A stretch of DNA of 32,000 bases from the NCBI RefSeq assembly GCF_000022265.1, contig NC_011979.1, positions 750,001 to 782,000 of the forward strand. The letters run 5' to 3'. Below the pieces are notes generated by a model. The model was not told the origin of the DNA, searched no databases, and worked only from the letters and a program-made list of their open reading frames with translations. The DNA is from Geotalea daltonii FRC-32. Lineage in GTDB: Bacteria; Desulfobacterota; Desulfuromonadia; Geobacterales; Geobacteraceae. This document shows, piece after piece, positions 28,672-32,000 of the stretch. The translations under genes were made by a program, and so were the position numbers. Numbering within the stretch: position 1 is the stretch's first letter; every line of letters begins with the position of its first letter.

Positions 28672-29202
28672 ATGAAATTACCTACAGCATTTCTTCCAAT
28701 CATATTTTTCTGCTTTGTATCAATCGTTCAAGCAGCTTCTATCCCTGCAACTGGCGTTATAGAAGCATTCTTTAGCCCGAACGGTGGCTGCACCGATGCA
28801 ATTGTTCGTGAAATCTGCAATGCAAAGTCCGAAGTATTGATCCAAGCATATTCTTTTACGTCCGTCCCGATCGCTAAAGCAATAGTTCAGGCCAAGAAAC
28901 GTGGTGTGAAAATCGAAGCTGTCCTTGATAAGAGTCAGCGAACCGGCAAGTATTCTGCTGCTACGTTCCTAGTCAACGCCGGAATTCCTGTATTGATTGA
29001 CGACCAACACGCGATAGCGCATAACAAAATTATCATCATCGACCGCAATACGCTGATAACGGGGAGTTTTAATTTCAGTAAGGCCGCTGAGGAGAAGAAT
29101 GCTGAGAACCTTCTAGTCTTTAAAGGGAACACGCCCCTTGTATTGCAATACATCCAGAACTTCGATCATCATAAAAGACATTCTGAGCCTTACAACCGAT
29201 AG
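28672..29202 (+). CDS. nuc: Phospholipase D-family endonuclease Nuc with a signal peptide
   Basis: Signal peptide MKLPTAFLPIIFFCFVSIVQAA; a single HKD motif HNKIIIID followed by GSFNFSKAAEEKNAEN. Size and layout resemble plasmid pKM101 Nuc. Confidence 0.85.
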   Translation: MKLPTAFLPIIFFCFVSIVQAASIPATGVIEAFFSPNGGCTDAIVREICNAKSEVLIQAYSFTSVPIAKAIVQAKKRGVKIEAVLDKSQRTGKYSAATFLVNAGIPVLIDDQHAIAHNKIIIIDRNTLITGSFNFSKAAEEKNAENLLVFKGNTPLVLQYIQNFDHHKRHSEPYNR

Positions 29203-29280
29203 TTTAAGTGTAGTTTATATTGTGAACAACTTGACCATTCGCGTGTCATGGTTACTGTAACCGCAGTTGGTTAAGCAAAT

Positions 29281-29688
29281 TCAACGAAGAAAACTGCAAA
29301 GCATATCACCAAGTTTATCAGAATCTTTCAGTTCGCATTCCCAGATGACAAGCACGCTCCATCCTTGTGCGCTCAACGCTTTCTTGTCCAATATATCACG
29401 CTTGCGATTTCGCTCTATCTTGGTTTGCCAATATGTTTGATTGGTTTTCGGAATGCGAGAGCCACGAGGGCAAGTATGTCCATGCCAAAAACAGCCATGA
29501 ACGAATATGACTTTACGTCGAGCGGGTAGAACTATATCTGGACAACCGGGGAGGTCTGCACGGTGGATACGGAAGCGGAAACCCATTCGGTGAAGCATGG
29601 ATCTTACCGCCTTTTCAGGGGAAGTGTTTTTTCCGTGTACCTGACGCATGATTTCACTTCGCTTTTCAGAAGTGAACACGTCCGCCAT
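29281..29688 (-). CDS. vsr: Very short patch repair (T:G mismatch) endonuclease
   Basis: SEKRSEIMRQVHGKNTSPEKAVRSMLHRMGFRFRIH...PDIVLPARRKVIFVHGCFWHGH.C......PKTN..YW..KI..N..RD. ATG 29688 lies 1 nt after the upstream stop. The track start at 29829 is an overlapping extension. Confidence 0.9.
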   Translation of the reverse strand: MADVFTSEKRSEIMRQVHGKNTSPEKAVRSMLHRMGFRFRIHRADLPGCPDIVLPARRKVIFVHGCFWHGHTCPRGSRIPKTNQTYWQTKIERNRKRDILDKKALSAQGWSVLVIWECELKDSDKLGDMLCSFLR

Positions 29689-29689
29689 G

Positions 29690-30412
29690 CTATTCTTCTT
29701 CGTTGATTTCAGCTGCGAGTTCGCATCGACGCTCAGAAAGCCATTGAAGTCTTTTGGCCTGGGTGAGGAGAACCTTTCGCAAACCCTTTTGCACTTTGCG
29801 TTCGCAGATAACTTGGGCAAGTCTAGCAAGCGTCATAGCACGGCGGGCAATCCGTAAATCGGGATGATCACGCAATGCGCTTACTTCGTCGGTAACAATG
29901 CGTTCCTTATGGGATTGGGGAACTTCTATTTCTACGCGAGGAGCTGGAGGGTCTTTTTCGTTAAGAACGGCCCCGAAACGTGACTCGTTAAGCAGTTTTT
30001 GGAAGATATTATATTCCAAGGCGTCCAGATGTTCTTTTGCAACCTTTTTCGCGGCTTTGTCGTTCTTTCCGATTTCCTGAAACTGCGGCAAGGGCCATAC
30101 TTCGATATAGCACACTTCAAATGGGTCGAGAACGTTCATCGCTACTGCGTCAGTTCGCTGGTTGGTTAGATGGCGGCGGATGCGCGTTCTAAGCTGTTCG
30201 TTGGTTTGCCCGACATAAATCGGTTCCCCATCATAGTCATAGAAGGCATACACGCCCCATATATAATTTCCTAGCTTGGCCGGAGTTTCACCAGAGACGT
30301 CAACCACTTTATCGAGAAAACTGGTAAGCGCTTCGCGAAGATGTTTAGTCTCAAAAGGTAATTCAGCTATATCTAAGGTAGGTGGTCTGAAATCATGTTG
30401 TTCTTCTGGCAT
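29690..30412 (-). CDS. GIY-YIG nuclease-domain protein, candidate restriction endonuclease of the adjacent methyltransferase
   Basis: WGVYAFYDYDGEPIYVGQTNEQLRTRIRRHL...YIEVW...EYNIF...LNEK fits GIY / YIG / R..H / E / N spacing. ATG 30412-30410 shares one base with the dcm stop TGA 30414-30412. Confidence 0.65.
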   Translation of the reverse strand: MPEEQHDFRPPTLDIAELPFETKHLREALTSFLDKVVDVSGETPAKLGNYIWGVYAFYDYDGEPIYVGQTNEQLRTRIRRHLTNQRTDAVAMNVLDPFEVCYIEVWPLPQFQEIGKNDKAAKKVAKEHLDALEYNIFQKLLNESRFGAVLNEKDPPAPRVEIEVPQSHKERIVTDEVSALRDHPDLRIARRAMTLARLAQVICERKVQKGLRKVLLTQAKRLQWLSERRCELAAEINEEE

Positions 30413-31557
30413 CAGGCAGCGCACCTCATAGCGGATTTATTTGCATTCAAAACTTGCTCAATGATGTTTTTTGCGATATGGCGCACCACTGGAACCGCTA
30501 CACCGTCTCCGGCAAGGTGATACGCATCGTTATATTTCTCAGGCAAATGGTAACTTTCTGGCAAACCCATCAACCTGGCTGCCTCTCTGGGTGAGAGCAA
30601 GCGTGTCTTGACTTTATTGCCTTCGACCAAGATGATGATTTGCCGACTCGAACCGCCTGAAGGAGTTCTCAGGCATCCCGCGATATCATCGAAACGTACT
30701 TCTGCGCGCTGCCGTTTTATGCCTTCCTTGTCCTTTCGAGTGCGTTTATAGATGGTGCCGACAACGCGCTTTCCAGCTTTCTTCGCTTGGCTGAGCTTTT
30801 CAAGATTGATTGGCGACATCATACCGATTATGCGATTCGTTTCAAAAGGTGTGTGCCATTCAACGCCTTTCGGCTCATTCTCTACCATGTCCGAAAATGT
30901 CGTCGTGCGCGGTTTGGGAACAGGCAGATTCCACCATAACCATGATGCCCTGGCAGTCTCGGAAAGTAAATCGTAAGAAAGCCCGAGTGCGTCTGGATGC
31001 CAGCGTGGATCAGGAGCCCCAACAAGACGTTTTGGTACTTCTAACGTATTATGTATTGCAATTATGAATAGGCGAGGACGGCTATGCGGAAGAAAAAGAA
31101 CCGCGTCTATCACCATGGGACCACACCTATACCCGGCTTTAACCAGTTCTTCAATGATAATGGATAAGTCTTTTCCGTCGTGGCTCGTTACGGTACCGTA
31201 GACGTTTTCAAGGATAATTGTTTTCGGTGCGCGGCCTTCTTTCCGCAGCTTAGTTATCACATTCCAAAACGGCCAAAACGCTCCTGAACGTTCCCCGGCA
31301 ATACCTGCACCGTTACCGGCAAGTGACAAGTCTTGGCAAGGGAATGACGCCCAAGTTAAATCAGCCGTGCCTAGAAGCTGGGAGGTTTGGATTTTTGCGA
31401 CGTCTTCCACGACAAAATGATCATTTCCACGAAAATAAGTGCGGTAAGAAATAGCTTTTTTCGGGTCAAAGTCGTTGGCAAAAACGCACTCCCACCCCTT
31501 TCCAAGCCCAATTCTTGCCATTCCTCCGCCTGCAAAAAATTCATAAAAGGTTTTCAT
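30412..31557 (-). CDS. dcm: DNA (cytosine-5)-methyltransferase
   Basis: Motif I FFAGGGM, motif IV SFPCQDLS, motif VI ILENV, motif VIII HSRPRLF, motif X GDGVAVPV. Confidence 0.92.
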   Translation of the reverse strand: MKTFYEFFAGGGMARIGLGKGWECVFANDFDPKKAISYRTYFRGNDHFVVEDVAKIQTSQLLGTADLTWASFPCQDLSLAGNGAGIAGERSGAFWPFWNVITKLRKEGRAPKTIILENVYGTVTSHDGKDLSIIIEELVKAGYRCGPMVIDAVLFLPHSRPRLFIIAIHNTLEVPKRLVGAPDPRWHPDALGLSYDLLSETARASWLWWNLPVPKPRTTTFSDMVENEPKGVEWHTPFETNRIIGMMSPINLEKLSQAKKAGKRVVGTIYKRTRKDKEGIKRQRAEVRFDDIAGCLRTPSGGSSRQIIILVEGNKVKTRLLSPREAARLMGLPESYHLPEKYNDAYHLAGDGVAVPVVRHIAKNIIEQVLNANKSAMRCAA

Positions 31558-31627
31558 ACACGGCCACCCCTTTTAAAGCGAATAATATACCAAAAAACCA
31601 AATGAAATGGTATCCAATTTAGTTGTG

Positions 31628-32000
31628 TTATAATTCCAGCCCTAGTTTTTCGGCCTCTTTATTCGGCAACCATTTCATAAACTTGCCACATTCTGTGCAA
31701 ACTACCTTGTAGCGTTTGATTTTTTCAAAGTTGGGAACGTAATTTATAGTTTGATGTTTGCATTCGATTTTTGGCGGGGGTACATATACAGCATCAATGA
31801 GAAAATCTGTAAGCGACACTCGCTGCTCTAATCTTCTCATAGAAATGAATCTATTTGTGCAATCTCCTCCGCCACGAGCCCATTTTTCTTGGAAATAAGG
31901 CAATAAAACAGTTCCAGACGGGAGAAGATACCCGGCATATACACAACCCGGAAAATCTTTTTTCACAAACAGGCGCTTTTCGATTTCTTTCAGAGAGTAT
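31628..32000 (-). CDS. Hypothetical protein, 5'-partial (the frame is open to the window edge), with a C-terminal CxH-x18-CxxC motif
   Basis: The track ORF starts at GTG 31966, but I translated the same frame upstream (..YSLKEIEKRLF-V-KKDFPG..) and found no stop up to 32000. I recognised no family. It lies 70 nt upstream of dcm on the same strand. Confidence 0.5.
   Translation of the reverse strand, partial: YSLKEIEKRLFVKKDFPGCVYAGYLLPSGTVLLPYFQEKWARGGGDCTNRFISMRRLEQRVSLTDFLIDAVYVPPPKIECKHQTINYVPNFEKIKRYKVVCTECGKFMKWLPNKEAEKLGLEL

Larger units (their letters stand above)
28554..32000. mobile_element. Left part of an AT-rich genomic island inserted in comM. It extends beyond the window and no integrase or transposase is seen in-window
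   Basis: Homology breaks abruptly inside comM, GC drops, and the cargo is accessory (nuc, vsr, a GIY-YIG nuclease, dcm). Confidence 0.7.

Noticed and set aside
29203-29280. Palindrome GGTTAC-T-GTAACC (29249-29261) between convergent nuc and vsr as a bidirectional terminator
   Set aside because: The stem is 6 bp with a 1-nt loop, which cannot fold as an RNA hairpin, and there are no flanking T-runs. It could be a protein-binding palindrome, but the evidence is too thin.

Overview
About 28.5 kb of this window is conserved housekeeping chromosome. Gene order and protein motifs look Geobacter-like (Desulfuromonadales), and hand counts of single 60-nt lines give roughly 52-60% GC. From about 28554 an AT-richer accessory segment (roughly 35-45% GC by the same counts) interrupts comM/yifB and runs off the window.

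Core genes, left to right: a proline-rich exported protein; a frameshifted PfkB-kinase remnant; a DUF606 membrane protein; a small GGQ release-factor-like protein; an orphan HyfB/NuoL-like antiporter subunit (minus strand); rho, rpmE, thyX, DUF1385, prfA, prmC, murA; hisG-hisD-hisB-hisH-hisA-hisF-hisE; an extended macromolecular-synthesis operon (rpsU-yqeY-cvpA-dnaG-rpoD); queC and folE2; a DUF2064 protein; a minus-strand trio of beta-barrel OMP, czcD and ilvA; trxB; and the 5' half of comM.

The accessory segment carries a signal-peptide PLD-family Nuc endonuclease and a tightly coupled minus-strand operon: C5 cytosine methyltransferase, then a GIY-YIG nuclease, then Vsr. An unknown Cys-rich ORF sits upstream and is open at the window edge.

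Non-coding observations: a family of period-7 GTGAGG-type repeat arrays forming long hairpins at several gene junctions; a roughly 11-copy GGTGACT tandem array; two perfect DnaA boxes 31 bp apart far from any origin genes; a 121-bp element bounded by inverted repeats between prfA and prmC; and a C-rich, G-poor rho leader. I recognised no rRNA, tRNA or CRISPR. All family calls come from motifs read by eye in the supplied translations. No database search was run.
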